The notes beneath the pieces are model-generated. The model had not been told where the DNA came from. It did no database searches and saw only the letters and a list, made by a program, of their open reading frames with translations. A stretch of DNA of 64,000 nucleotides from a virus (taxonomy: Duplodnaviria > Caudoviricetes), in the IMG/VR virus record IMGVR_UViG_3300037067_027616, positions 384,001-448,000 of that record. One strand, given 5' to 3'. A program made the position numbers and the translations under genes. How positions within the stretch are numbered: the stretch's first letter is position 1; every line of letters starts with the position of its first letter. Positions 38,271-46,613 of this stretch are shown one piece after another.

Positions 38271-38912
38271 GTGGCAGACGTATTGGTGCATGAAAGGGTA
38301 TACCGCGGAGAGGCGGTCATGGCCAAAATGGCCGCACTGCAGATAACCGTCTGCGGCGCCGGGGCTGTTGGCTCGAACCTCATCGACAACATTTCCCGGC
38401 AGGGCTTCAAAAAGATAACGGTCATCGATGACGACCGTGTCGAGGCCCACAACATCCCTACACAGGTATGGTCAAGGCGCGAAGTCGGGCAATTCAAGGC
38501 CGCCATGCTCAAGAACCTGGTGTTCAATTCGTCCGGTGCAACGGTGGAGGCCGTCACGCGCAGGCTCGATGACGGTAATGTGAAGAAGTACCTGTCGACC
38601 GCCGGCCTTGTCGTGGACGGCTTTGACAATTCCGCGAGCCGTGCGTTGGTCGCCAAATACTGCAGGGAGGCCAAAAAGGACTGTTTGCACGTGGGTTTGG
38701 CGAAGGATTACGCCGAAGTCGTCTGGAACGAGCGGTACCGGGTGCCAAAGGACGTGGTGGGTCAGGACGTGTGTGAGTACCCCATGGCCAGGAACACCAT
38801 CCTGTTGGCCGTTTCCGTGGCTTCAGAGGTCATTGTGAGGTATGTGGCCACCGGAGAGAAAAAAGACTACGTAATTACCCTTGGGGATTTCAAGGTTGAT
38901 GGTGTTTTGTAA
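38271..38912 (+). CDS. ThiF/E1-like adenylyltransferase
   Basis: CGAGAVGS, IDDDRVEAHN, K, VVDGFDN; downstream Cys in DVCEYP. Confidence 0.9.
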   Translation: MADVLVHERVYRGEAVMAKMAALQITVCGAGAVGSNLIDNISRQGFKKITVIDDDRVEAHNIPTQVWSRREVGQFKAAMLKNLVFNSSGATVEAVTRRLDDGNVKKYLSTAGLVVDGFDNSASRALVAKYCREAKKDCLHVGLAKDYAEVVWNERYRVPKDVVGQDVCEYPMARNTILLAVSVASEVIVRYVATGEKKDYVITLGDFKVDGVL

Positions 38913-38972
38913 TAATCAGGTATTTGTTCCGCCGCTTTTAGTATATTGATGGTGTGACGTTCTTTGACAATT

Positions 38973-39321
38973 GGGGGTGTTCCGGTTTCGACGTGATGAC
39001 TGAATTGCTGGTAGCATGCCGAGGTTCATCGGTTGGCCTCGTTAAAAGCCGATGACGTTATAACTGCCGAAGATTACAGCTATGCCATGGCAGAAGCTGC
39101 CTAATTAATAGGTAGCGAAAGTGTACGTTGACGCCTCTATTCGTACACTTAGCAGAGGCTGGGTTCGTGGTGTGACGGACTACGGGTCGAGATTCGTCTT
39201 GGGTTGCCTTAAGTGGTTTCTGGTTCAGGGAGGGCAACTGACGTTGTTGAACCAGATAAGCATGTAGAAGCCATCATGGATGGCGTTGCGGACAGGAGTT
39301 CGACTCTCCTCACCTCCACCA
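38973..39321 (+). ncRNA. ssrA: tmRNA; tag (A)AEDYSYAMAEAA* at 39066-39104
   Basis: GGGGGTG/CACCTCC-ACCA acceptor with G3-U70; GGTTTCGAC; T arm AGGAG-TTCGACT-CTCCT; ATAACT upstream of resume codon; tag ends AA-stop. Confidence 0.95.
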
Positions 39322-39476
39322 GTATGCCGGGCATAAAGGACATCGAAAATGATGTGCCGTAGGTACTTGGCTCCGATACTAACGGCGTCCAAGTCAACAT
39401 CTGTATCAATAAAACCTACAGGTTGTGTCCCATGTCCGGCTCCTTGATTTGGGTTGCGTAGGAGCAGCCCTCGGCG

Positions 39477-39510
39477 AAGGGTGTCACGGGGTAACACCCG
39501 TGGCACCTTT
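39477..39510 (+). terminator. Intrinsic terminator-like hairpin
   Basis: GGTGTCACGGG/CCCGTGGCACC plus TTT. Confidence 0.6.
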
Positions 39511-39528
39511 CATACATGCACAATTAAA

Positions 39529-39810
39529 ATGAGATACAAGCCATCAATAGCTTCAGTGATGTTCAGTGACGGTACAAAAGTCACGAGTGCCTCTCATAAA
39601 GGTGCCGAGATAGACTTCATAGAAAACAACGGCACAATACTCATTGTTACTATGGAATCAAAAAAAGAAGGCAAGGGTTTTGCCCAAGAAGCCCTTTCAC
39701 TTTTGATGAAACGATATAAAAAAAGAAAATTCACCGCTACTGTCCCTCTCCATCCGGCCGCCAAACACATCTTTGATAAGATGGGCATCGAGTACCCCGA
39801 GGGCGAGTGA
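39529..39810 (+). CDS. GNAT-like acetyltransferase
   Basis: KEGKGFAQ (motif A) and PAAKHIFDKMG (motif B-like). Confidence 0.55.
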   Translation: MRYKPSIASVMFSDGTKVTSASHKGAEIDFIENNGTILIVTMESKKEGKGFAQEALSLLMKRYKKRKFTATVPLHPAAKHIFDKMGIEYPEGE

Positions 39811-40718
39811 TGAAATATTATATCGCTTACCCGGTGTCCTTTGACTGCGATTTGCATTGCTTTTATTGTTTCCATTCCTATAGGCACACCAAAAACTATG
39901 GCGGCACGGAAGGTGAGGAAGGGGAACCAACCACACAACGACGAATGACGTTCGCCGATTGGGACAAGTTCAGGGACACACATTTGGCGGGAGCAGAAGA
40001 TATCATAGTCCACTTCCACGGTGGCGAGACCTTCCTGCCAACAAACGCGAATACCATCCGGGCCTTCATGAAGCATACGAAGGTCGAGCGTGCCGATCTA
40101 CTTACCAACGGTCTTCAGTCCCCGGAATCGTACCACACAATCGCGGACTACGCCGATCGTGTATATCGCATAGGTATGACTTTCCATCGTAAAATCATTG
40201 AGGGCGTCCCCGAACTCGTTAAAAAATTTGAGGATAACGCCGCGCTCATCAAAGAAATCGTAGGTGACCGCCTCTACATCAAGGAACTCCTTTTTGCAGG
40301 CACCAGGGAAACACTTTTGTCTGCTAAAAAGTCATGGGGAATACTTGGGTATCAGTACAAAATACAAGATTTTAAAGGCAATGAACGTGGTAGAGATTTC
40401 GAAGAATGGCGGCGCTACAGCGCCGAGGATATGCTCGCCATCGACAGTGAGTACAAACGCGGGGGTACGGAGTGCGCTTGCATGCGCGGTTATACCAACA
40501 TCCTTATAAGGGGTGGGTGGCATGATGGTGATGTTTTGGCGTGTTTTGAAGACCCCGTTGTTGTTGGGAGTATCCAAAAAAACGAGTACCTTCCGGGGTA
40601 CAGGATTGTAAAAGACTTCAAAGCCGGCAGGATAGACATACAAGGTGTGCCAAAGAATTACAAGGGCAGTTGGGAAAGGGATTTATACAAGCCGCAACAG
40701 GCATGTGGTACAGAATAG
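39807..40718 (+). CDS. Radical SAM enzyme
   Basis: CDLHCFYC (CxxxCxxC), HGGE, TNG; C-terminal Cys cluster. Confidence 0.85.
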   Translation: MMKYYIAYPVSFDCDLHCFYCFHSYRHTKNYGGTEGEEGEPTTQRRMTFADWDKFRDTHLAGAEDIIVHFHGGETFLPTNANTIRAFMKHTKVERADLLTNGLQSPESYHTIADYADRVYRIGMTFHRKIIEGVPELVKKFEDNAALIKEIVGDRLYIKELLFAGTRETLLSAKKSWGILGYQYKIQDFKGNERGRDFEEWRRYSAEDMLAIDSEYKRGGTECACMRGYTNILIRGGWHDGDVLACFEDPVVVGSIQKNEYLPGYRIVKDFKAGRIDIQGVPKNYKGSWERDLYKPQQACGTE

Positions 40719-40721
40719 AAA

Positions 40722-41012
40722 GTGAGGAACGGCGTGAAAATTGTCGCAGTATTGTATGACGGTAAGGAACTATCCAGTAAAACCAGACAGTTCCTTGAGG
40801 AGAATGTTTGGTACAACGAGGACGAAGGCCATTATTGGCTGACCAAAAAAGAGGTACTCGACAACCTCAATAAGGATGATGAGGAGATGTACACGGATAT
40901 TCCTGTGGGGTGGTGGGTGGACGCCGGTTTTAGTTCCGATCAAAGAAAGGAACTTGAGAAACTGTGGTCTATGGGCAACAGTGACATTGAGGCCCGTTGG
41001 GAGAAATTGTGA
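40722..41012 (+). CDS. Hypothetical acidic protein
   Basis: Fills the gap; coupled to the next ORF. Confidence 0.5.
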   Translation: MRNGVKIVAVLYDGKELSSKTRQFLEENVWYNEDEGHYWLTKKEVLDNLNKDDEEMYTDIPVGWWVDAGFSSDQRKELEKLWSMGNSDIEARWEKL

Positions 41013-41425
41013 GAAACCCCGCCCGGTTGGAAAGGACCCTGGAGGTCACAGGCATCAAGGTGCCTTCCGATTTAACCCCATGGGGGTATAATTGGAGATC
41101 CTATCTCTACGCTAATCTCCTCAAGAGTGAAGTCATGACCATGGAGGAGAAGGCGGTTATGATTGATTTGTACAAGACACTTATGGGGTTTCATACGTTA
41201 CCGTGGTCACGCAAGAGGCTCGTGCCTTTAGACAAATCCAAAGTGTTTGATCTGCAGTCTGTAATCCTGCATGTCATATACTCCACCGATTCGGCGGATG
41301 TCTTGCGCGCGGCTCTTTGGCAGAGGCAGGCTGTTTTAGACGGAAATTTTTACACCGATGACCATGTTATGTCTTTGATACCCGACTTGGGCGGATACGT
41401 CAGAAGGGCGAGGAATCGTGTCTGA
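41009..41425 (+). CDS. Hypothetical protein
   Basis: GTGA overlap. Confidence 0.55.
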   Translation: MRNPARLERTLEVTGIKVPSDLTPWGYNWRSYLYANLLKSEVMTMEEKAVMIDLYKTLMGFHTLPWSRKRLVPLDKSKVFDLQSVILHVIYSTDSADVLRAALWQRQAVLDGNFYTDDHVMSLIPDLGGYVRRARNRV

Positions 41426-42167
41426 AGAATACAAATTTGACCCGAAGTTCGATTGGTGGACCAAAGATCACACGGACAATTACGAGTGGATCAAGAACTA
41501 TTTCAAAAAAACGGCCATCATAGGTAAGCCTCTTGAGTTCCTCGAGGTTGGTGTATTCGAGGGAAAATCCACGATATGGTTCGTGGATAACATATTGGGT
41601 ATGAAAGCCGAGGGGCCTGAAGGCACCCCGTATTTTGGTGGTTCGGTATATCGTTGCATAGAACCTGACCCTGCTCCAAATTTCGAGCACAACATCGGAA
41701 TTCTTCGTCAGAGGTATCCTTATGTCCGCATCACGCACAATAAAGAATACTCCGAGCATTTTCTTCCAAAATTGATAAGCAGCCCCCTCGATGACCCGGC
41801 TGACTACGCTTCAGCAAATTTAGCATACATCGATGGCGACCACAATGCGCAAGGAGTCCTGCGGGATGCTGTGATGGCGTGGGAGTGCCTCAAGGTCGGC
41901 GGTATCCTACTTTTTGATGACTACGAGATGGAGGCCACCGACCCGTGGCACTACATCAGTCACAAGGAGTTCAAGGAACACGACCGGGCGAAATTCCGGC
42001 ATCCGAGTATCGCTATTGATGCGTTCCTCAACGTGTATCGGGGACTCTATGAGAAGGTCATCGACAATTTCCAAGTCGGGGTCATCAAGCGTGTCGAACT
42101 TGGCGCCAAGAACCTTGCACACGGTGACAACAGCCAGGGTGGGTTCGAGTACCATGCCAGCAAATGA
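41418..42167 (+). CDS. Class I SAM-dependent methyltransferase (Methyltransf_24-like)
   Basis: LEVGVFEGKS, YIDGDH, LKVGGILLFDDY. Confidence 0.85.
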   Translation: MSEEYKFDPKFDWWTKDHTDNYEWIKNYFKKTAIIGKPLEFLEVGVFEGKSTIWFVDNILGMKAEGPEGTPYFGGSVYRCIEPDPAPNFEHNIGILRQRYPYVRITHNKEYSEHFLPKLISSPLDDPADYASANLAYIDGDHNAQGVLRDAVMAWECLKVGGILLFDDYEMEATDPWHYISHKEFKEHDRAKFRHPSIAIDAFLNVYRGLYEKVIDNFQVGVIKRVELGAKNLAHGDNSQGGFEYHASK

Positions 42168-42447
42168 ACCTATAGCCGTATCAAAGAAGATGGCAGCCTA
42201 CATTCGAGATAGGATGGGCAAGGACGTCCCTCTCTATCGGGAAATAGTTATGTGGGACGATGACACTTTCCAAGTGAAGGTGGTACATACTTTTGATGCG
42301 AAGAAAAATAAAAAGCGCGTCTGTTTGATGTACACCTCTAAAAATAAAGAGTACGTGGCCATCGAAGGCATGTTGGATGTTCGTGCCGCTGAACCGTGGA
42401 ATGATATCATTATCCAAACAGTACCAAATAGGGATGTGGAGAAATAA
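42154..42447 (+). CDS. Hypothetical protein
   Basis: Start trimmed to ATG 42154; fills the gap. Confidence 0.5.
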   Translation: MPANEPIAVSKKMAAYIRDRMGKDVPLYREIVMWDDDTFQVKVVHTFDAKKNKKRVCLMYTSKNKEYVAIEGMLDVRAAEPWNDIIIQTVPNRDVEK

Positions 42448-42448
42448 T

Positions 42449-42817
42449 ATGTTCAAAAAGGGGACGATGAAACAAGAGGGGATCGACATCACGATTCGCA
42501 ATAACCCGGAACACGTCTTGGCTCCGGATGATTGGACGAAGGTGACAGGGGTGAGGTTCGGGAGAATAACCCCGGGAGAATACACGGAATACTATAAAGG
42601 CCTTCTCAAGAAACGGTGGGAAACCCGCAAGCAGGAAATAATGGATCTCGCCAAAGAAGGCATGCTCAAAGACGTGCGCCTCAAATGCTATTGTCCTCAT
42701 TCGGCTAAATACTGCCATGCTCACACGGCCGCCAGGTTCCTAAACGGGATAGTGGACAAGATGTTGAAGCAGGAATCCGGTACGCATCTGGTAGGGGATG
42801 TTGCCAAAGACACTTGA
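42449..42817 (+). CDS. DUF488/DUF4326-like protein
   Basis: LAP...EYTEYY...LKCYC..YCHA. Confidence 0.55.
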   Translation: MFKKGTMKQEGIDITIRNNPEHVLAPDDWTKVTGVRFGRITPGEYTEYYKGLLKKRWETRKQEIMDLAKEGMLKDVRLKCYCPHSAKYCHAHTAARFLNGIVDKMLKQESGTHLVGDVAKDT

Positions 42818-42829
42818 TAATAGTATATT
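42801..42829 (+). promoter_or_regulatory. Promoter TTGCCA-N17-TATATT
   Basis: Recurrent motif; ATG 42836 lies at the predicted +1. Confidence 0.6.
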
Positions 42830-42835
42830 GTTACC

Positions 42836-43117
42836 ATGGACACTTTGGCATGCAGCATATGTGGCAGGATCGCACCGGATGCCTCGTGTATGGAGAGGCA
42901 CCATCTTGTCCCCCAAGGGAGGGCAGGAAAGGATACCATACCCGTGTGTGTGGACTGTGGCAACCAAATTCATATGTTGTTTTCCAACAATGATTTGCGA
43001 TATAAATACAACACGTTGGAGGCTCTACTGTCTGATGAGCGCGTGCAGAAATGGGTCAGGTGGATAAGGAAGCGTCCGTATTTTGGGGTTTGTGCCAAGG
43101 AGAAGAAGAGGCGGTGA
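42836..43117 (+). CDS. Small HNH-fold nuclease
   Basis: CSICG...HHLVP...CVDCGNQIH. Confidence 0.75.
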   Translation: MDTLACSICGRIAPDASCMERHHLVPQGRAGKDTIPVCVDCGNQIHMLFSNNDLRYKYNTLEALLSDERVQKWVRWIRKRPYFGVCAKEKKRR

Positions 43118-43121
43118 CGGT

Positions 43122-43655
43122 ATGCAGGAGTATAAACACAAAAAGAATGGGTACTCGCTCAACGCTGTGAGGCTCATATATGGCTCACGGAGTCCGCATG
43201 CCGAGCAGTTCTCCATGTATTCCATGCCGCCGCATGACAGTCATCGCGTACAGTATCACGAGTTGGAGAATGCCCGGGAGCCGTCCCTCGGACCGGGAAT
43301 CAACACGTGTACGAGGATGGTGAGTTTTGGTGACGGCAGGAGTTTGACTTCCACCATCACACAAGGCACAGGCATCAACACGGCCATAGTGTACCGTGAG
43401 TTACTCATAGATCCTGGCGAGTATTCAAAGCAGTTTACAGATTCCTTGTTTTCCCAGCCGGAGTACGAGTACTTTGAGCGCCATTGGGACGATCAAGTGC
43501 AGTACAAAGTGAACATCCTTGCAAAGTTGATACAAGCTTTGGACACGGGGGACGACACTATCTACCCGATACTCGTGGCTGACTTCCCGGAGATATCGAG
43601 GTACCTCTTGTCCAAGCCGAGCATCATCACCCAAAGGTCGCCGATATGGCCATGA
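43122..43655 (+). CDS. Hypothetical protein
   Basis: ORF with RBS. Confidence 0.55.
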   Translation: MQEYKHKKNGYSLNAVRLIYGSRSPHAEQFSMYSMPPHDSHRVQYHELENAREPSLGPGINTCTRMVSFGDGRSLTSTITQGTGINTAIVYRELLIDPGEYSKQFTDSLFSQPEYEYFERHWDDQVQYKVNILAKLIQALDTGDDTIYPILVADFPEISRYLLSKPSIITQRSPIWP

Positions 43656-44725
43656 AATTCGATGTGCAAGCCTTCATCAACCACCCCCATGTGCTCACGA
43701 AGCGCAAGGACGGATTGGTAATTTTCAATTACGACCACGGGTGCACTTATGATAAGGCTTGGGACGATATCACCATGCAGGCTCGGGGACTCATACTTGA
43801 GGAGGCTACAGGAAAAATTATTGCCCGTTGTATGAAAAAATTCTTTAATATTAACGAGACGACCGAAACCAAATTTGAAAATCTTCCAAATATTTCTTTT
43901 ACCGCCACGGAGAAGCAAGACGGTTATTTGGGTTTGTATTATCGGTGGCGTGGTGAGGAACACATAGCTACCCGGGGTTCGTTCGAGTCGGAAATGGCCG
44001 TGTGGGGTACGGATTGGTTCCGGCGTAACGTCCGCACATCTGTGCTTGATGATGATTGGACGTATCATTTTGAGATCATTTACAGCCGTAAAATTGTGAT
44101 AGCATATGACTTCGAGGGTCTTGTACTTCTCACTGCCATCAACAAAGAAACTGGTGAGGAGATGCCGTACGGCCGCCTCTGCGATGAAGCCAAAGCCATG
44201 GGGGTTAGGGTAACTCCGCTTATGCCTGCATTCGGCAGCCTTTTGGAGCTGGCTGAATATACAAAATCGTTACCCGGAAACAAGGAGGGGTGTGTCGTCA
44301 CCTTCTCCAACGGGTTGAAGGTAAAGATAAAAGGGGATGAGTACTGCCGGATACACAAGATAATCAGCAATATGACTCCGCTTGCCTTCTGGGAGGCCTA
44401 TGACATCAATAAAGAGGCCATCCCGGTCGAGTACCTCCAAAGCATACCCGAGGAGTTCCGCGAGGTTTCAGACGGTATTAAGGAAGCCATAGAGGGTCGC
44501 ATAAATGCAACTGTTTCCGAAATGGAAAGGGTATGCAAGGAGGTTGAGGCATCGTTTCCTCCGGATGTAAGTGACAAGGACTTTGTGGCCAAGGTGAAAA
44601 GCCTGCACCCGAAGGATTTTGGTTGGATCATGTACTGCCACAAGGGCAATCGAAAAAAGCTTGTAACCGCCATCCACAGGAACAGTCGTCCTACAAACAA
44701 CGTCCTTGTGGATGACGCGGGGTAA
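43646..44725 (+). CDS. T4 Rnl1-like RNA ligase
   Basis: ARGLI, KFFN, EKQDG (motif I), TRGSF, FEII, EGCVV, KVKIK. Confidence 0.85.
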   Translation: MAMKFDVQAFINHPHVLTKRKDGLVIFNYDHGCTYDKAWDDITMQARGLILEEATGKIIARCMKKFFNINETTETKFENLPNISFTATEKQDGYLGLYYRWRGEEHIATRGSFESEMAVWGTDWFRRNVRTSVLDDDWTYHFEIIYSRKIVIAYDFEGLVLLTAINKETGEEMPYGRLCDEAKAMGVRVTPLMPAFGSLLELAEYTKSLPGNKEGCVVTFSNGLKVKIKGDEYCRIHKIISNMTPLAFWEAYDINKEAIPVEYLQSIPEEFREVSDGIKEAIEGRINATVSEMERVCKEVEASFPPDVSDKDFVAKVKSLHPKDFGWIMYCHKGNRKKLVTAIHRNSRPTNNVLVDDAG

Positions 44726-44728
44726 ATT

Positions 44729-44944
44729 ATGAACCAAGTAGTACTCCGTGCAGGTTTTGATCATACGTTTTCAATCTCTGGATCACGTACTGGTTTTAGT
44801 TCAGTATCGAAGTCACAATGGGTTGCTTGGCAAAATTTATGGTCGTGGTCGAATTCTATGTCGGAATCTGGACTAAAATGGAGTTCGTGTTCTATTTCAC
44901 ATTCCGGCCCTAAATTTCAATCGAAGTCATGGAAGAAACCGTGA
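44729..44944 (+). CDS. Ser-X repeat peptide 1 (divergent; MNQVVLRAGF)
   Basis: Array member. Confidence 0.65.
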   Translation: MNQVVLRAGFDHTFSISGSRTGFSSVSKSQWVAWQNLWSWSNSMSESGLKWSSCSISHSGPKFQSKSWKKP

Positions 44945-45159
44945 ACCAAGCAATCTTGCAAACAGGATTTTATATAGTGTTGGGATCGGCGTCACTGTCA
45001 TTGTCGGGGTCACAGTCGGTGCCCCTATCACGATCCTTATCACGGTTGGAGTCACGGTCGGAGTCCCTGTCACGGTCGAGGTCACAGTACTTGGTACGGT
45101 CATGGTCGATGTCCCGGTCGAAGCCCCGAACTCTGTCACGGTCGGAGCATAAGCCATGA
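44941..45159 (+). CDS. Ser-X repeat peptide 2 (GTG start)
   Basis: GTGA overlap with copy 1. Confidence 0.7.
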   Translation: MNQAILQTGFYIVLGSASLSLSGSQSVPLSRSLSRLESRSESLSRSRSQYLVRSWSMSRSKPRTLSRSEHKP

Positions 45160-45392
45160 ACCAAGCAATCCTCTGCGCAGGATTTTATAAGGTATTCATG
45201 TCGGGGTCACGGCCGATGTCCTTTTCTCGATCACAGTCGATGTCGCGGTCGGGATCGGTGTCCCGGTCACGGTCGGGATTGTGGTCAGGTTCGATGCCCG
45301 TGTTACGGTCACGGTCGGGGTCACGGTCGGGGTTCCTGTCACGGTTACGGTCGGGATCCTTGTCGGGATCCCTATCGGGTAATAAACCATGA
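45156..45392 (+). CDS. Ser-X repeat peptide 3
   Basis: ATGA overlap. Confidence 0.7.
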   Translation: MNQAILCAGFYKVFMSGSRPMSFSRSQSMSRSGSVSRSRSGLWSGSMPVLRSRSGSRSGFLSRLRSGSLSGSLSGNKP

Positions 45393-45619
45393 ACCAAGCA
45401 ATCCTCTATGCAGTACTTTATAAAGGGTCCAAATCGGGATCCCTGTCATGGTCGGGGTCCTGGTCGGTTTCCCTGTCACGGTCAGGGTCGGGGTCCCGAT
45501 CAAGGTCACGGTCGGCGTCTCGGGTAGGGTTCCGATCGGTGTCCTTGTCAGGGTCTCTGTCGTGGTCACAGTCGATGTCCTTGTCACAGTACCGATCTGA
45601 ATCCCGGTCGGGGGCATAA
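45389..45619 (+). CDS. Ser-X repeat peptide 4
   Basis: ATGA overlap. Confidence 0.7.
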   Translation: MNQAILYAVLYKGSKSGSLSWSGSWSVSLSRSGSGSRSRSRSASRVGFRSVSLSGSLSWSQSMSLSQYRSESRSGA

Positions 45620-45622
45620 ACC

Positions 45623-45835
45623 ATGAACCAAGCAATCCTCTATGCAGGGTTTTGTCAGGGATCCTCATCAGAATCCAAGTTGGGATCACGGTCGGGGTCC
45701 CAATCGAGGTCACGGTCGGGGTCCCAATCGAGGTCACGGTCATGGTTACTGTCGGTTTCCATGTCACAGTCAGGGTTACGGTTGGTGTCCCGGTCGTTGT
45801 CGTGGTCACTGTCCCGGTCGTGGTATAAAACATGA
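45623..45835 (+). CDS. Ser-X repeat peptide 5
   Basis: Starts 3 nt after the previous stop. Confidence 0.7.
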   Translation: MNQAILYAGFCQGSSSESKLGSRSGSQSRSRSGSQSRSRSWLLSVSMSQSGLRLVSRSLSWSLSRSWYKT

Positions 45836-46098
45836 ACCAAGCGATCCTCTATGCAGGATTCTACATAAGTTCCATATCGGCGTCATGGTCGATGTCACGG
45901 TCCGGGTCACGATACGGGTCATGGTCGGGATCCTTGTCGGGGTCACGGTCAGTGTCGGGGTCACTATCCGGATCCTCGTTTAGGTCACGATCCGAGTCCT
46001 TGTCACTGTCCAAGTCACGGTTGGAGTCCTTGTCGGGATCCATGTTGGGGTCACGGTCGGGGTCACAGTCCCTGTCACGGTCGGGGCCTAAACTATGA
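45832..46098 (+). CDS. Ser-X repeat peptide 6
   Basis: ATGA overlap. Confidence 0.7.
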   Translation: MNQAILYAGFYISSISASWSMSRSGSRYGSWSGSLSGSRSVSGSLSGSSFRSRSESLSLSKSRLESLSGSMLGSRSGSQSLSRSGPKL

Positions 46099-46304
46099 AC
46101 CAAGCAATTCTTCATATAGGTTTTGAGGGGTCTTTGTTTGAAGCCAAATCAGAATCCATAACCGGAACAAAATCGTTGTCGTGGTCAAATGCACGTTCAA
46201 CGTCACTGTCGGGATCTCGGTCGGGGGTTTTTTCACGATCTCTTTCAAAATCGCATTCGGAGTCACGGGTAAAATCCAGGTCGAGGTCACGATCACTATC
46301 TTGA
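46095..46304 (+). CDS. Ser-X repeat peptide 7 (divergent)
   Basis: ATGA overlap. Confidence 0.65.
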   Translation: MNQAILHIGFEGSLFEAKSESITGTKSLSWSNARSTSLSGSRSGVFSRSLSKSHSESRVKSRSRSRSLS

Positions 46305-46376
46305 CGAATACCGAATATCTCGTTAATATTTATACTCATATGTAGCAAGAGCACATAAATCCATAATGGCAGTGAA

Positions 46377-46595
46377 ATGACATTCGGATCAAAACTACAA
46401 AAGCTGCTTTTGATAGCCTCGATTACATTAGCAGGTATCGCTACCATGTATGCTTTGGCGATATCAATCCTGTGTGCAGTATATTTTAACAATTGGAAAA
46501 TATTGATCGCATGGGTTGCCATCATCGCAATTGTGATACCTGTGTGGTTTAAAATTTTAAAAACTACATGGAAGCTCGTAAACGAAACACCCTGA
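46377..46595 (+). CDS. Small two-TM membrane protein (holin-like size/topology)
   Basis: Two hydrophobic helices and a basic C-terminus. Confidence 0.5.
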   Translation: MTFGSKLQKLLLIASITLAGIATMYALAISILCAVYFNNWKILIAWVAIIAIVIPVWFKILKTTWKLVNETP

Positions 46596-46613
46596 AAACA
46601 ATGGAGGTAACAC

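Larger units (their letters stand above)
44729..46304 (+). repeat. Tandem array of seven paralogous MNQAIL-leader, (Ser-X)n ORFs
   Basis: Conserved ~33-nt RTGAACCAAGCAATCCTCTATGCAGGATTTTAT-like head at 44729, 44941, 45156, 45389, 45623, 45832, 46095, followed by TCN-NNN hexamer repeats. Confidence 0.9.

Noticed and set aside
39209-39506. Minus-strand ORFs over the tmRNA 3' half and the N-terminal extension of ORF 39454
   Set aside because: They overlap the tmRNA and terminator; the real start is more likely ATG 39529.
44927-46296. Minus-strand ORFs with DRDPD or TVTVT repeats and shared MVH starts
   Set aside because: These are shadows of the + strand hexamer repeat. The + strand ORFs are co-directional with their neighbours and chained by RTGA overlaps.
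44729-46304. CRISPR array interpretation of the ~33-nt recurring head
   Set aside because: The spacers are ~180-230 nt, low-complexity and related to each other. The repeats vary in a codon-like manner, and no cas genes are present.
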